The notes beneath the pieces are model-generated. The model ran no database searches, was not told the origin of the DNA, and saw nothing but the letters and a program-made list of their open reading frames with translations. The position numbers were made by a program, and so were the translations under genes. Below, one piece after another: positions 10,948-23,600 of a DNA stretch of 64,000 nucleotides; position 1 is the stretch's first letter; the number at the start of each line of letters is the position of its first letter. The stretch comes from Octopus sinensis (Eukaryota): contig NW_021832228.1 in assembly GCF_006345805.1 (NCBI RefSeq), positions 62,001 through 126,000 on the forward strand. Direction: 5' to 3'.

Positions 10948-12374
10948 ATGTCATTTTTTATAAAAAGCATTAGAAGATTTTCCAGTTATAAAGTACCTCA
11001 ACCAATTAATATTAATAGAATGTTTACATTGCTGGAGCTGTCCGGACCCCTATTGGAAGCTTAAATGGGAAAGTGAAAGAAGTTGATGCAGTAGAACTTT
11101 CCACAATAGCTGTAAACGCAGCTCTGAAACAGTCTAAATTGGAAGCCGCGGTTGTCGACGAATTATTTCTTGGAATAGTCAACGCTGCCGGACTTAAGCA
11201 ACACCCCTCAAAGCAAATTGCTCTCAAATCAGGAATGTCAGTGGAGACCCCAACAACCACCCTATCAAAGATGTGTGCATCAGGAATGAAGAGTATAATG
11301 CTTGGATGTCAAACAATCATGCTAAATCATCAGGCACTGTATAAATTGACATTTTCAGAGAGTTGTTGTGGCTGTTGGGACTGAGAGTATGACAAACACT
11401 CCATATTTTATAAAAAGATTTAATCCACCTTATGGAGGATTCAGTGCTTATGTAATAATAAAAATATGTCAGACTTAGGATCTACTTTTGGAAGGAGGAC
11501 TGCTGGATGCATACAGCGGAGAGCATATGGTAATTAGAATTTGTTATATTCTCTCCAAGGGAACCTGTACAGAGCATGTTATCTGTCGAAATAACATAAC
11601 ACGTGAACAACAAGACCAATATGGTATCCGTAGTTATAATCGAGCTTTATCAGCAACTAAAAATGGAAATTACATCTGTCGATATTTCAGGTTTATTAAA
11701 CTGGTTTCTACCAAGATTCTGAAAAATTTACTTCTGATGAAGAACCTTCCAGGGTAAACTTTGATAAAATTCCAAAACTCAAACCAGAATTCAAAAAAGG
11801 TGATTATTTTATTTCACTTCATTAGATGGAGAAACTATAACTCCGGCCAATGCTAGTAAGATCAGCGATGGCTCTGCTGCTTGTGTTTTAGTTTCAAAAG
11901 ATATTATTCGCGAACATAACTTGTCACCTCTCGCTCAGATTATCGGTATTCATTTTTTTTAGATAATATTAGGTTTTGCTGACTCTGGGGTCAATCCATC
12001 AGATTTTGCACTTTCTCCTATAATGGCCATTAGGAAAGTATTTTAACTGCTAAAATCTTTAGTTGTTGAAGAATCTCAGCTTAAATATAAAAGATGTGGC
12101 ACTGTGGGAGGTTAATGAAGCCTTTAGTGCAGTTCCTATACTTACACAAAATGAGTTTTCTATCGACAATGAAAAATTAAATGTGAATGGCGGAGCAGTC
12201 TCTCTTGGACATCCTGTAGGGTATTATTTTTGACTGACATTTCTAAGAATGTCCGGAACACGCATTACTAATCACTTGGAGCATCAGCTTGGAGATGGAC
12301 AGATTGGGGTTGCGGCGATTTGCAACGGAGGTGGGAGAGCATCAGCAATCTGCCTTCGTGGACTTGATCGTTAA
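10948..12374 (+). CDS. ACAT1: Mitochondrial acetyl-CoA acetyltransferase (thiolase, ACAT1-like) with one frameshifting deletion
   Basis: Presequence-like MSFFIKSIRRFSS; RTPIGS, KMCASGMK, TPANASKISDG, WEVNEAF, NGGAVSLGHPVG, ICNGGG; nine introns of 25-30 nt. Confidence 0.92.
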
Positions 12375-12411
12375 CTGATATTAATAATTTTCGTTATAAT
12401 CTCAAACCTTA

Positions 12412-12652
12412 TATATTTGCTCTAAACCTATTGAGTAAAGTATTACCTATAGATTGGTGGGAGTCGAACTCTTGTCGGTTGCCTTCTAAAACAATTTCAC
12501 TTTTCAAAAAAATTTTGAACCAGCCGGTTCAACAGGTGGAATAGAACGAATTTTTTCAAATTTTAGATTCGAATGTACAAATAGACTTGGAATTTAAAAA
12601 GTTGCCAAACTTGTCTCTATTTATTTTACTCAATAGGTTTAGAGCGAATATG
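12412..12652. mobile_element. Tc1/mariner-type MITE
   Basis: About 30-bp imperfect TIRs (tatatttgctctaaacctattgagtaaa / tttactcaataggtttagagcgaatatg) flanked by TA. Confidence 0.75.
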
Positions 12653-12849
12653 TATTGCTTAAATTTATTATTATTATAGACTTTCCGAACTACTCTACCA
12701 ACTCTTCTACACCAAGGCCTGATTATGATTAGAAAAAGGTTGACATCGGCAGACGATTTGAGCTCCTAAGGAAACTATCAAGAAACAGAAAGAATTGGAA
12801 ACAATTAACAAAACGTATCGATAAAACCAGGAATATTTTTGTAAACTAG

Positions 12850-13130
12850 TTAATTGCTCTGTTTAAGTTGATTCTTTAAAAATTAAAGTCAACGGGTAAC
12901 CTCTCTACTTGACCTATTACGCAATGCTCGATTAAATATTTTTCACAGACTTCGTAGATTAAAGAATTACAGAATTATTTACCATTGTCTGTTTGGAGGA
13001 TGATTAGTGGTCCGATATAATAAAAAACATTTTGGAATAGATTAGCTCTTTCTACCGCAGATTTCAACTTTGATAATTCGAATACACATTTTGAACAGGA
13101 ATCAACTATTACAAAAATCTTTAAATTAAT
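12850..13130 (-). mobile_element. rve integrase fragment (KRBA2/Ginger/Gypsy-like)
   Basis: FYYIGPLIILQTDNGK*F..QVER. Confidence 0.65.
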
Positions 13131-13149
13131 AATTTCATTCGAAATACCC

Positions 13150-13645
13150 AAGAGAATTTATCGTTAAATTCAGAATATCTGCAAAGATCAATGAGATCTG
13201 CGAGACATCTATCTCCAGGCCTACCTGCGATGATTAGCGTTATTTCAGGCTTAGTCGCCATTAATTTTTTAGTCTAGCATTATAGAATTAAAATTTACCT
13301 GGCAATAAACACATTAATTAATTACTCCTGCAATTTCATCAGCCATAATACTTTGTCTTTAACTTGTTGAACAGTCAATCTCTACCAAAATGATTATAAT
13401 TATGTTCCGTTTAACAAATGTAATTAGTCCAATACCTGAGTGCATTTATCCTTCAATTCAATGCCATTCTCTGAAAAAATCGTAATTTGATTAAATTCTT
13501 AATAAACAGTACATTTCTATTTTCAAAGCATATGTTTTCACAAGCTGCTTTAGCCTAAATCGTTGCTTCTGTTGGGATTGTCGCTTAGTGTGTTTTTTTC
13601 TTTGTTTTCTATGATTTTTTTGAGTTTCTTCAAAGCTTCTTTCAT
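13150..13645 (-). pseudogene. Fragment of an unidentified spliced gene
   Basis: Lys/Arg-rich start (FEETQKNHRKQRKK) and later exons (MATKPEITLIIAGRPGDRCL) separated by short GT-AG segments. Confidence 0.3.
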
Positions 13646-13719
13646 AATACAAATAGTTCGACTCTGTTTTTTATAAATTAAAAATTAGCGGCCAAGCTTG
13701 ATCTGCGAGCGCGACGGGG

Positions 13720-14400
13720 CAGGAGTTATTGCCCAGCTGAACGGATTGCTTACGCTTTGTTGCGCACGATTGCGAGATCCTTTGCCTCAGTCAAGAGGAC
13801 TGGCGAGCATCCATTTTCTTCCGTGCAATGAGGATACCCAGGTCTTTTATGAAGCATGAGGTGACTGGAATCGCCTGATGTCTCAAAAGTCAGAGGCATG
13901 AAGGAATGCCGAATGGCAAGATTCTTGTACTTTTCGACTTTGCGGGGCTTCCGCCAAAGCAACGGCCGAGCTGAAAGAATATGCAGATGACAATATGGCG
14001 GATGTGGACCACGTGTCTAAACACGTGGCATCCCAGATGAGGTAATTGCCATTCCGGAATGAGGAGGTAGTCATCCCATTCGGGCGTTTGCCGTCTCCTC
14101 TGTTCAATCCGGCGGATTTTAGCACATTGGGGAAACCAGCAGCATTGAGTGCTTTTAAGATTACGTCGTTGATTGCTCCGTGGCGAGGCTAGCGGCCTGC
14201 GCTCCGGCGGCAGGAGAGGGGACAGATTATTATTTATACATTTAATTATATTATGTCACCGGTTTTATAGCACACTGGGTTGCGCACGTGGCGTCCCAGA
14301 TCAGGCAATTGCCATTCCAAAATGGGAAGGTGGTCATCCCGTCCGGGCGTTTGCCGTCCCCTCTGTCCAATCCGGCTGGTTCAAGCACGTTGAGGAAGCC
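13720..14400 (-). mobile_element. Two adjacent CRE-like fragments (Zn knuckle plus restriction-like endonuclease)
   Basis: CPLSCRRSAGR*PRHGAIND..GDGKRPNGMT..LIWDATCLDT; second piece 14270-14400 reads EPAGLDRGDGKRPDGMTTFPFWNGNCLIWDATC. Confidence 0.85.
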
Positions 14401-14863
14401 ATCTTATATACTAATTTTAATTATGTTATGGGAAACAGAACAAATATTATTTGTTAAATCAAAAATCATAAAGGTCCTCACCATGAGTAACTCGGGGATA
14501 ATACTTTTCAACCCGGTTAACAAATCCCATTAATATTTGTGGTGTCAAAATCTTTTTTGAGTCTCCTGCAATTTGTTTCAATATTCTTAGCCTATATTCT
14601 GAAATTGGAATAATTTCTAATGAAATTAAATAATCTAAATTCTGACGATGAATGTCAATAAGAATTAATAGAACTAAAAACCACGAAAAACTCAAAATGA
14701 AAATGTCCAATAAAATTAATTTGTACAGGGATTATGGCTTCAACCGACAAAATATATAAGCAGTTCTTCCTTTCATTTTTAAAGCCAAACTACTGAGGGC
14801 GTCGTTATTTCGATCTTCAAGTGTAGACTACTTGGAGATGAGAATGCTTGATTTATGCTAGAG

Positions 14864-15861
14864 CAGGCATTCTCAACCTTTTTTTGTTCATCGCCCCCTT
14901 AGATATTTTGTCGCCCCCCTTTGAAATTTTATCGCCCCTTGTCCACCTACAATTTAAAAATTTTTGGCATTGTCCCTTATTGGTTGTTTTTGTACATAAC
15001 TCAAAAATCAAAATATAAAATTATAAATCAAATGTAAAAAATTGAATTTTTATTAAAAATTATTAGTGAGACCCTTGATATTGATGTTTACTCGCTAAAT
15101 ATTCTATGTCGGGTTTAATTCTGCTCAACTTTAGGCGTATATCGCCTCTATACACACTTCCAGTCTATTTTTTTCACATTGTGTATTATGATTGACAAAA
15201 CTAAATCCACTTTCAACCAAATAAGTGGTAGGGAATGTCAATAGTACATTACTCATTTCCTTCCATAAATTTGGAAATTTCATTTGTAGATCTTTTGATT
15301 GCCAAAATTTAGAGATACCATCCTGTTGAATCTGTGAATATATTCTTCATTATATTAAATTCAATTATCTCTTCTTGGATTGTTTCGTTCATATCTTCTG
15401 GCACACATGAAAACGGATCAATCATCCATGCTTCAAATTCCAAATCAAACAAATCTTGAATCTAAGAGATATATCCGCTTCTAGTTCCGTCAAATGTTGA
15501 CAATATGTCAAAATATTGTTTGACTAAAATATTTACTTATCTCAGATAGTTGTGAAATGTTTCCAAACTGATTTTAGAAAAATTATGTCGATAAAGCAAT
15601 AATTTTTTTTCAAATGTTTTCATTATTCTTTGCAATCAATCATGTTGACAAAATTTCCTTGAAGAAGAATAGTAATTTCATTAAATTTTGAGTCTAAATT
15701 ATTAGGCTTGCCATTAAAAATATTCTAATTAAACAATTTTTAATAAATATAAATTTTATTTTTTATTAAATATATTATCGCCCCCCTGTACAAAATTATC
15801 GCCCCCTTGTACAAAATTTTCGCCCCTAGGGGGGCGATTCGCCCCCGGTTGAGAACACCTG
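14864..15861 (-). mobile_element. Non-autonomous hAT (Charlie/Buster-like) element
   Basis: TIRs caggcattctcaacc / ggttgagaacacctg; 8-bp TSD tgctagag at 14856-14863 and 15862-15869; transposase C-terminus FPTTYLVESGFS; subterminal tcgccccc repeats. Confidence 0.93.
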
Positions 15862-16579
15862 TGCTAGAGCATGCATTCTCATTTAAGTTATTACAACTTT
15901 TTTACGCGGCTTATATGAACGGTGTTTTCTATTCTTTTCATCATCAAGAAACGCATTTAGATACCACAGTGGCAACTTCACTACGTCTTGCACCATCAAA
16001 TCAAAATTTATTCCAAAGACCACCGTTAACCAAAAGAAAAAAACTAACTAGGTGATCCCGACGAATTTGATCATACAAATTTCTAATACAAAAATATTTC
16101 ATAAAATTCTTTTTAAATAATTAGTGTTATCATTGTTTTCACTTATCTATATCATTACTGGTTCAATGACGGTGGTTTTCTGGTTCAATAAATAAATAAA
16201 ATTACTAATAACTTGTCGATACATTACTTATCATATATATTTTATATAATCTAGCTTAAATCGTTGTATGCGCTTAGATCTTTAATATCTTTTTTTGAAC
16301 CCTAAGCTAACATAGTGTTCAAAACTGAATATTATGTAAACTTGATTGATGTAAATACAAAATGTAGGTCAAACTACTTATTCTGACATTTCCTAAAACA
16401 AATTGCTTTTAAAAATTTATAAAGGATGAATCAATTTAAATCAAGTGTGAAACCATCAAAGTAAATTATCGACTAAATAACAAAGGAATTGTCAAAAATG
16501 AAAAATCAATTTTACTGTCTAACCAAGAATAAAACCAAAAATTTTAGAAACCAAATCAAGTTAGAAAAAACAAGAAGAC

Positions 16580-18085
16580 TTAACCAGTGAGAGCAGAGAC
16601 AATCTCATCGTCTGGGGCATCTGTCTCGAATTCAAAATTGCTTGTCTGAGTAAATCCAGCATCCGAAAGGCGTCTCACAAGTGTAGAAACTCCCTCCTCA
16701 GGAGTCTCAAACATTTCATCGTAGACAACCTGATCATCATTCTCCTAGTAAAAAATAAAGAGACCAAATGCAAGCACCCTCTCATTATCAGAAAGGATTG
16801 TGACAAAAGAGCCTCTTCGACAAACACAAACTGACACTGACATTAGACAAGTACACACACACTATGCGCCGTCGGCTTTTTATATTCGTTTTTTACGCTG
16901 GAAATTTCCACGATGAAATTTTCAAGAAACAATTGAGATAATTGATTTAAATACTAATTTTCTAGATGTATTGGACCCCCAATAAAGTACTACGAGTATA
17001 ATCAAGTCCAGGAATTGTCAGTTCTGTTCGAGTCGTTTCCTTCCCACTCTTTATGTGAGTCCTCTCACAACTGACATCCCGAATATGCCACAGCCATCAA
17101 AATATATTCAGCATTCTATCAGTTTTACCTGTGGATGACTTGTAGGCCATTCTTGTCCGTCTGATCTACTCCATCCTCCAACAAACACTGTGGGGGATGA
17201 TAGCCATATCCAAGGTACTCGGCCTCCCATAACTCAGTCTTCTATCCCACTGAGAGTAGAGCGGTGTCGACATATATTCAACATGGCGAGGTTGTCAGTT
17301 CTGATCTCTTGAGGGCGGACAAACATCACTCAGTGGCCAAATTGATAGACGACTTTGCTAAACTGGCTGATGAATTGAGCCGACAAAAAATGTACAAAAA
17401 GTCATCATCGAGGTCACTTTTACTGACACAAACTGCATATTGAAAATAAGCTGTAGTAGTTCATGAGAACGTACGATCCGGTCAAATTTAACAATTGCAT
17501 CTTTGGCCACATTTAACTGAAAATTATAGGAAAGAAATACCATCGTTCTAATACGAGGAGGAGCCTGTGTGACAGCAGCCTACATGAGCCTCCTCAGTTT
17601 GTCAAAAACATCACAAGCTACCACATTGAATGGCTGAGTGGAATACCACAACCTTAGTTTGTCTATCACTCCTTCATTAAAGAAGCTCTCCTCCAATTGG
17701 ATAACTGAAGTCTTTAACCTTCCACATAGCAGTCTTAAAAATGAAAGTCCAATTTCGGGTTGATTTCCTCTGTTTGCATTTAAATACTAACAATAATTGG
17801 TTAAGAATACACCGTGATTAAAGCTGGGAAGTTTGCAATCACAAGATCGAGTTCGTAAGGACTTTTTGACCTTGTTTCATGGACAACAAACTGAACAAAA
17901 TCAAAAACTGACTGAGTTCTGAAATTTCCCAATTTAATGAACTTTTCTAAGAAATTTAGGACGCCGGATGTTGTTATTTGAGCAACATGGGACATTCCAT
18001 AATTGATCTAATATTAAGAAGGGGAAATACGTGGAATAATTCGATCAACTGCCTTTGCACCTTCTGTAAAAGCATAAATTCACAT
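16580..18085 (-). CDS. Unidentified multi-exon gene
   Basis: Open exons separated by 20-40-nt GT-AG introns, ending DDEIVSALTG*; no family recognised. Confidence 0.55.
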
Positions 18086-18541
18086 AATTATTATAATCAA
18101 TTTAAATTATTTGAACTATGAGTCATTGAGAATTATTTTTAACATTGAATACTGATCATTTCCATATCTTTATTAACATAATATTCATTTTTACATTTTT
18201 AATTAACTATTGAAAATTAAAATCATGCCATTATAAGTGTATAAAATTTAATATTTGGTTGAAATTGAATAAAATTAATGTTAGAACAAATTAAATAGCA
18301 TTTTTTGACCCAGAAATGGCTCTGTAAATTTGCTGAATTACAATAGCCATTAATTAAGAAAAAAATTTTAACCCACTTTGTAGTTGTCAAGATGCCAAAA
18401 ACTACAATATATTCAGCATTAAATTGACTAAAATAAAAATCAGAATTTCTCAATATGTTAAATGACATTTACGAACATTCGATTAATATTTATGGCCATA
18501 ATTTGTTCTAGTCTATTGCGGAAGGCAGACAACTCTATCAA

Positions 18542-20040
18542 ATGTCTTGGAATGGACGAGAAAGATCAGAGACAGTCAACTTGAGTATTGTGGAGTCAGT
18601 GGGATTAGATGTATATAATTTTAAAAGATATGAAGTAAAATGTGATTAATTTATCAGATGTTAAAATCAATGACTTGTCATTATATTGTGGATGATTATC
18701 TGGGGAGGGGTACGTTTGGGCAAATAGTAGTAGCCTGGAAACATGAAACTAATCGTCGAGTTGCAATCAAAGTTTTGAAGAAAAATCCGACTCATACACG
18801 TCAAGGACTATTCGAGGTTGGTCATAAATAATATTATAGATATCCGTGCTTAAATGTATCAACAATGCTATGTCGGATTTGGGGCAAGACCACATAATTC
18901 TATTTCTCGACCATTTTGAACACGCAGGCCACGTTTTTATTGTGTTTGAATTGCTTTCAATCAATTTGTATGATTTCATGAGAATTAATGCATTTTCTCC
19001 AATTTCAATTTACGGCATTCGGGCAATTACCTTTCAAGTAATTTAATATCTGACAAATCAAGGTTCTTAAAGCATTAATAAAGCTTTCATACCTCGGGAT
19101 TATCCACACTGATTTAAAGCCGGAGAATATCATGCTGGTTAACCACCAAGAATATCCATTCCATATTAAAGTTATTGACTTTGGCTCTGCGGTATATTGT
19201 AATCGAATAAGCGACTCCTTTTACTTACAATCGAGACATTACCGGTCATTCTGAGTGATTATGATGTAGAGCACCCGAGGTTATTTTGGGTTGTGAGTAT
19301 GGATGTCTCATCGATATGTGGTCTCTCGGCTGTATTATGGCAGAATTGGTCACTGGTTGGTCTATATTCCCCGGAGCCAACCAGTATGAGCAGATTCGTT
19401 ATATATGTTCTGCATTGGGTATTCCCAACGACGCAATGCTCATGTCTGGAAAGAAGGTGCCTCTGTTTTTTGAGAAAACGACTTACTGGAAGCTCAAGGT
19501 ATAAATATGGGCATTTCAATCTTTCAGAATGCTTCTAAATTTACTGAGGCTACCGGAAAAACGGTCAAAAATCCGTCGCGATATTCCGTGAAAGATTTGA
19601 ACAACATTGCCATAAAAGTGGACTTTAATGCTCATATTTAGATTCTAAAATCGTCCCAAAGTGTTCCAAATTTGGATTCATATCAAATCTATCAGCAGGA
19701 TGTTAATAATTTCATGTTTTCGCTGAGGAAAATGCTCGCAGTGGACCCGAATGAGCGAGTAGCTGCTTGTGATGCAGTGTATCTACCATTTTGGGACTTT
19801 ACTTCCTATTTGCCTCAGGATTCCAATTGGTATTCATATTTGTGAGTGGATAGGGTGGCCTATAATGTTCGAATAATGTACTCCTCCTATTCCTGGAAAT
19901 ATTCTCATGTCCCTCTACACTTTAATTTACTCCCCACTCAGTCTTCAAAAAGGAGTGTATCCTTTCCTTTCAGTTTTATTGGTCGTTATTAATCTTATAA
20001 GATCGTCAAATGAGCCCCAGTATATGTGTTCCGGCTGTGA
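18542..20040 (+). CDS. HIPK: HIPK-type (DYRK/CMGC) protein kinase, essentially kinase domain only
   Basis: LGRGTFGQIV, VAIKVLK, FELLSINLYDF, IIHTDLKPENIML, IKVIDFGSA, YLQSRHYRAPE, DMWSLGC; introns of 23-27 nt. Confidence 0.9.
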
Positions 20041-20379
20041 GGTAGTTTGGTGTGTGTATTGGGTGTAGTGGAGGTGCTAAGAGAGTGTGTTGTGATTCAA
20101 ATGATAAAAATTTGAATTTAAAGTTTGGTTTGTTTCTTTCATATTTAAGCGTTTCATCGTTGTTCCGACAGCCTTGATTTTTTCTATTTTTTGAAATTTT
20201 TTTGTAAAATGTTTGATGCTAATTAATTAATTTACTCGGTCGATTAGTTTAATTAATCAATATAATAATTCGATGCCTATTAACTCGGATTAAGTAAGGC
20301 ACTCGGATTAACATTTTTATGTAATGGTCATAACGTGTTTTATTAATATAATTCACATGATTTATCTTTATGCCAATTC

Positions 20380-21415
20380 TCTCACTAAAAACTCAGTTTC
20401 TCCCAACTTGATGAGTGTCCTGAGTCAATCTTCTCTCCCTTTTCTCACAATGGAGGACAAATTACTCATTATTAAGTTTCTGTGTGAGCATTGTGAGTAT
20501 TATGTGACTTATCGGCTGATTCCTGCTTATACCGAGTTTTGAGAATGTGGAAAGTTTGTTTCTTTTAGAATTTATGGCAGAGCTAACAATCTGATGAATT
20601 GTCACCAATGTTGTGCTGCATTCCACTCCGAATGTGTTTCCAGTTTGCCTGATTCTGGCCAAGTTTGGGTTTGTTTTGCCTACAGGAGTTTTATGGTATG
20701 AATTGAGTTCTCAGATGTAGATTGTGGGGGTTCATGATTTGGTTTTGAAAGAATCTTTACTGGGGAGAGATAGAAATGGGAGGAAGTACTACTATATGGC
20801 CAGGAGAGTTGTGATGTAAGCACATTCTTTCATTTGTAGTCGTTCGAATTCCTCGGATGACGTGTATTATTCGACCAAACTACAACTTAAACGACTAATT
20901 GAGTGTCTAAATGTCGAAATTGAGTGTGAGAGGAGTTTGGTTGATCTTCTGGGCAAAAATTCGGATATTTCTCGTGCTTTCTCCGTAACTGAGACCCTGA
21001 CAGACGAGGGTTCAAAAATGTTCAAAAAACTTAGTTATATTCAACAGTATTTTTGTCGAAATTAATATTTCAGCTAATGATACAAGCAGATCGGCTATTT
21101 CTATAAAAATAAATCCTAAAAATGTATGATATATAATATATATTGTAGATATCTCTCTCGAATATAAAAGGGGATAAAAGTATGCGGTTATCTTATGATG
21201 TCTTAGCCAATGAGCTGCTGGGTGGGAAGGATGTGAACAATCTTCTACTCAGAAAGAGTGACGGCACCAGAGTGAACGTCAAAGTCCTCAAAATTGTACT
21301 CCCACGAATGAATGTGCCTCATTCCAGTCCGACAGTGATCAAAGGTAAAGACAAATTATTTCCTTCAGCTTCCCCGTCGAATTCAGAGAGGAGTGATATT
21401 GGAGAGTTGTATGTT
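20380..21415 (+). pseudogene. BPTF: BPTF/NURF301 internal fragment (WHIM1, PHD, WSD)
   Basis: LPFLTMEDKLLIIKFLC; LMNCHQCCAAFHSECV; LGRDRNGRKYYYMARR..YYSTKLQLKRLIECL; both ends missing. Confidence 0.75.
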
Positions 21416-21419
21416 CTTG

Positions 21420-21580
21420 GAATTTAGTCCTGATACTAGTCCTGATATATAGGGAGGGATTATCATGAGTATTTAATTTACTTTCTTGTATTAAGTCAAT
21501 ATCGAGGTTGTTTGAGATAATAAAGTATTTGAGCTCCATGAATTTGTTTTGGATTCCTTCATGTTCGATTGGAGACGCAT
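21420..21580 (-). mobile_element. LINE APE-endonuclease N-terminal fragment
   Basis: GIQNKFMELKYFIISNNLDIDLIQESKL. Confidence 0.6.
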
Positions 21581-21979
21581 TTATTTAAAATTTGTCGACC
21601 TCAAATCTCGAAATTGCGTAAATTTTAATTCTTAGTAGACTATATAATCGGTCGTATCCGAAATGGATAAATTTATGTTCATACTACCGTCGATTATTGT
21701 TATTTTCAGTTCTATCTTTTTAATAGTAAAAAACGAAGTTTAACATTATCTGTGATGAAATAACAAATTTCATTTTTAAATGTTAACATTTTTGCAAAAA
21801 ATTTGATTTTTCATTATATTTTTGGCGTAATTTCACTCTGGATTATATCTTCCGATTGAATTCTCTTAATTTTGCTCTGCATTCTGATGATATACTGCGC
21901 GTTAATTTACCGAGTCGTTATGGGAGCATCGGCACCCGCTCTTGCTGAGATTTAACCCTCCCATGTTACCTATCATCGT

Positions 21980-22440
21980 TGTCAGCTTCCATTAATTCCG
22001 TCAACTCTGTTCTTTTTCCATCTTCTGAACAGTGCGAGTTGTTGGAATAAGCAGCTGGTGTCAACAAATGGGTTTCCAGGGGGCTTAAAATCCCGGACAT
22101 TCCATTTGATCAAAGAAACTGGAATAACATGTATTGCTCGCACGCGGGGACAAAAAACGTCCTGATGGGTTGACTTAATTCCCGTTTAGGGAGGGACTGG
22201 CCCTTGTGTGGGATGTTAACTGCGTAGACTCATTTTCCTCATCATCGCTAATCGACCCTGCTTCCCGTCCTGGATCTGAATTTGCCCTTGTCGAATCTAG
22301 GAAAACTGCAAAATATGCCTCGTTGACGGATACCTGGTGCTTCTTTCCTCTGGCTTTCGAGAACAGTTGGATAATTGGACCCAAAGCGCTCAAACTACTC
22401 TCAGACATTTTTTTAGATATCATTTGCGATATTACGTAGG
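21980..22440 (+). mobile_element. CRE-like restriction-like endonuclease fragment
   Basis: KRPDGLT..ALVWDVNCVDSF..ESRKTAKYASL..FFPLAFENSWIIG. Confidence 0.8.
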
Positions 22441-22959
22441 AATTGGCTGTCCATTCCCTCGGTGACTATTTTATATTAGCGAACAGTTCTTTCATGTTCT
22501 TCTTTACAAAAAATTAATTTCCTTTCTCCTCTTCTTTAGTTTTTGTAATAAAAATGCTCTCTTGAATATTATAAATTCTAATTCTGAGTTTTTTACGATC
22601 CAAAGCATTGACAAATCTTCGTAATTTCCTGTATAATTTTTGTTTTTCTTTTTTAAATTTGCAAGTCTCTTCATTATTAAGGATAACTTTTTGCGAATAC
22701 GTGTACTCTTGAAAAATATTTCCTTTGGAAACAGGGAAATGTAGTAGCATAATCCCATCTAAACAAAATTCTTGACAAATGAATAAAAAATCAGTGGATT
22801 CAATGATAATCAATGAATAAAAGATTTTTATTGATATCACTGACAATTTTAATAAGATTTTTAAAAACACTTTTGAGGAATTGTCATAACAAGAGGCTGA
22901 CAATGCGACATGCAGTGAAAATATTTACAATTTTTTATCGGAAGATTGTCCCTTATCTC

Positions 22960-23600
22960 AGAAAACAGTTATATCCATACATTGCTGCTACTTCATCTAT
23001 GATACATGCACTAATATTTTTCCACTAATGGATAAGCGCACCCTGCTTTGATAAACACTGGTATAAAGAGTCTTCTTCCACACAGATATACAAGTAACAG
23101 ATTTTGTTTAAGGTCCATATAGAAAACTAACTAACTATAGAAATTATCAAATAAGCTCCACGTAATTTAATGCCTTGTCTGTGAGAATTACTTTCAAGAC
23201 CAATTCTGTTCCAGTTCTGATATCTTGAGTTGTGCCCTCGTTGCTACTAAACAATCCACACAACACGGCCTGGGTCAAACTATCAAAATTACCTGAAAGG
23301 GAAGTTCACATAAGTCTTTACTAAGAGGTTTCAAAGAATTAACAGAACACACAATCGGACTACCACTGTCTAACGACACCAATCCGCAGTCGTTTTGACG
23401 AATCCAAAGTATTTTGCAACGATCAGAGTCCATAATTACGTAATCTCCTTCATTGAACTGTACAGATAGGGCTGTGGTGTGTTCCTAATTCGTTAGTTAA
23501 GCCTTTTCAGCTGTTGTTTCATCATAATCAGATCTTGACTGTAAAATACAGAATTAACATAAAAATTCTTCAATTCTTCACAAAAACGAATTGACCCACC
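22960..23600 (-). CDS. Extended Tudor-domain protein (TDRD-like), possibly degraded
   Basis: RCKILWI..GLVSLDSGSPIVCSVNSLKPLSKDLCELPFQ|AVLCGL matches the eTudor LxPL..LPxQAxxCxL pattern. Confidence 0.55.

Noticed and set aside
11666-11690. Non-canonical GA-AG intron in the thiolase
   Set aside because: The segment encodes EITSVDIS, and a canonical 25-nt GT-AG intron at 11691-11715 explains the downstream frame
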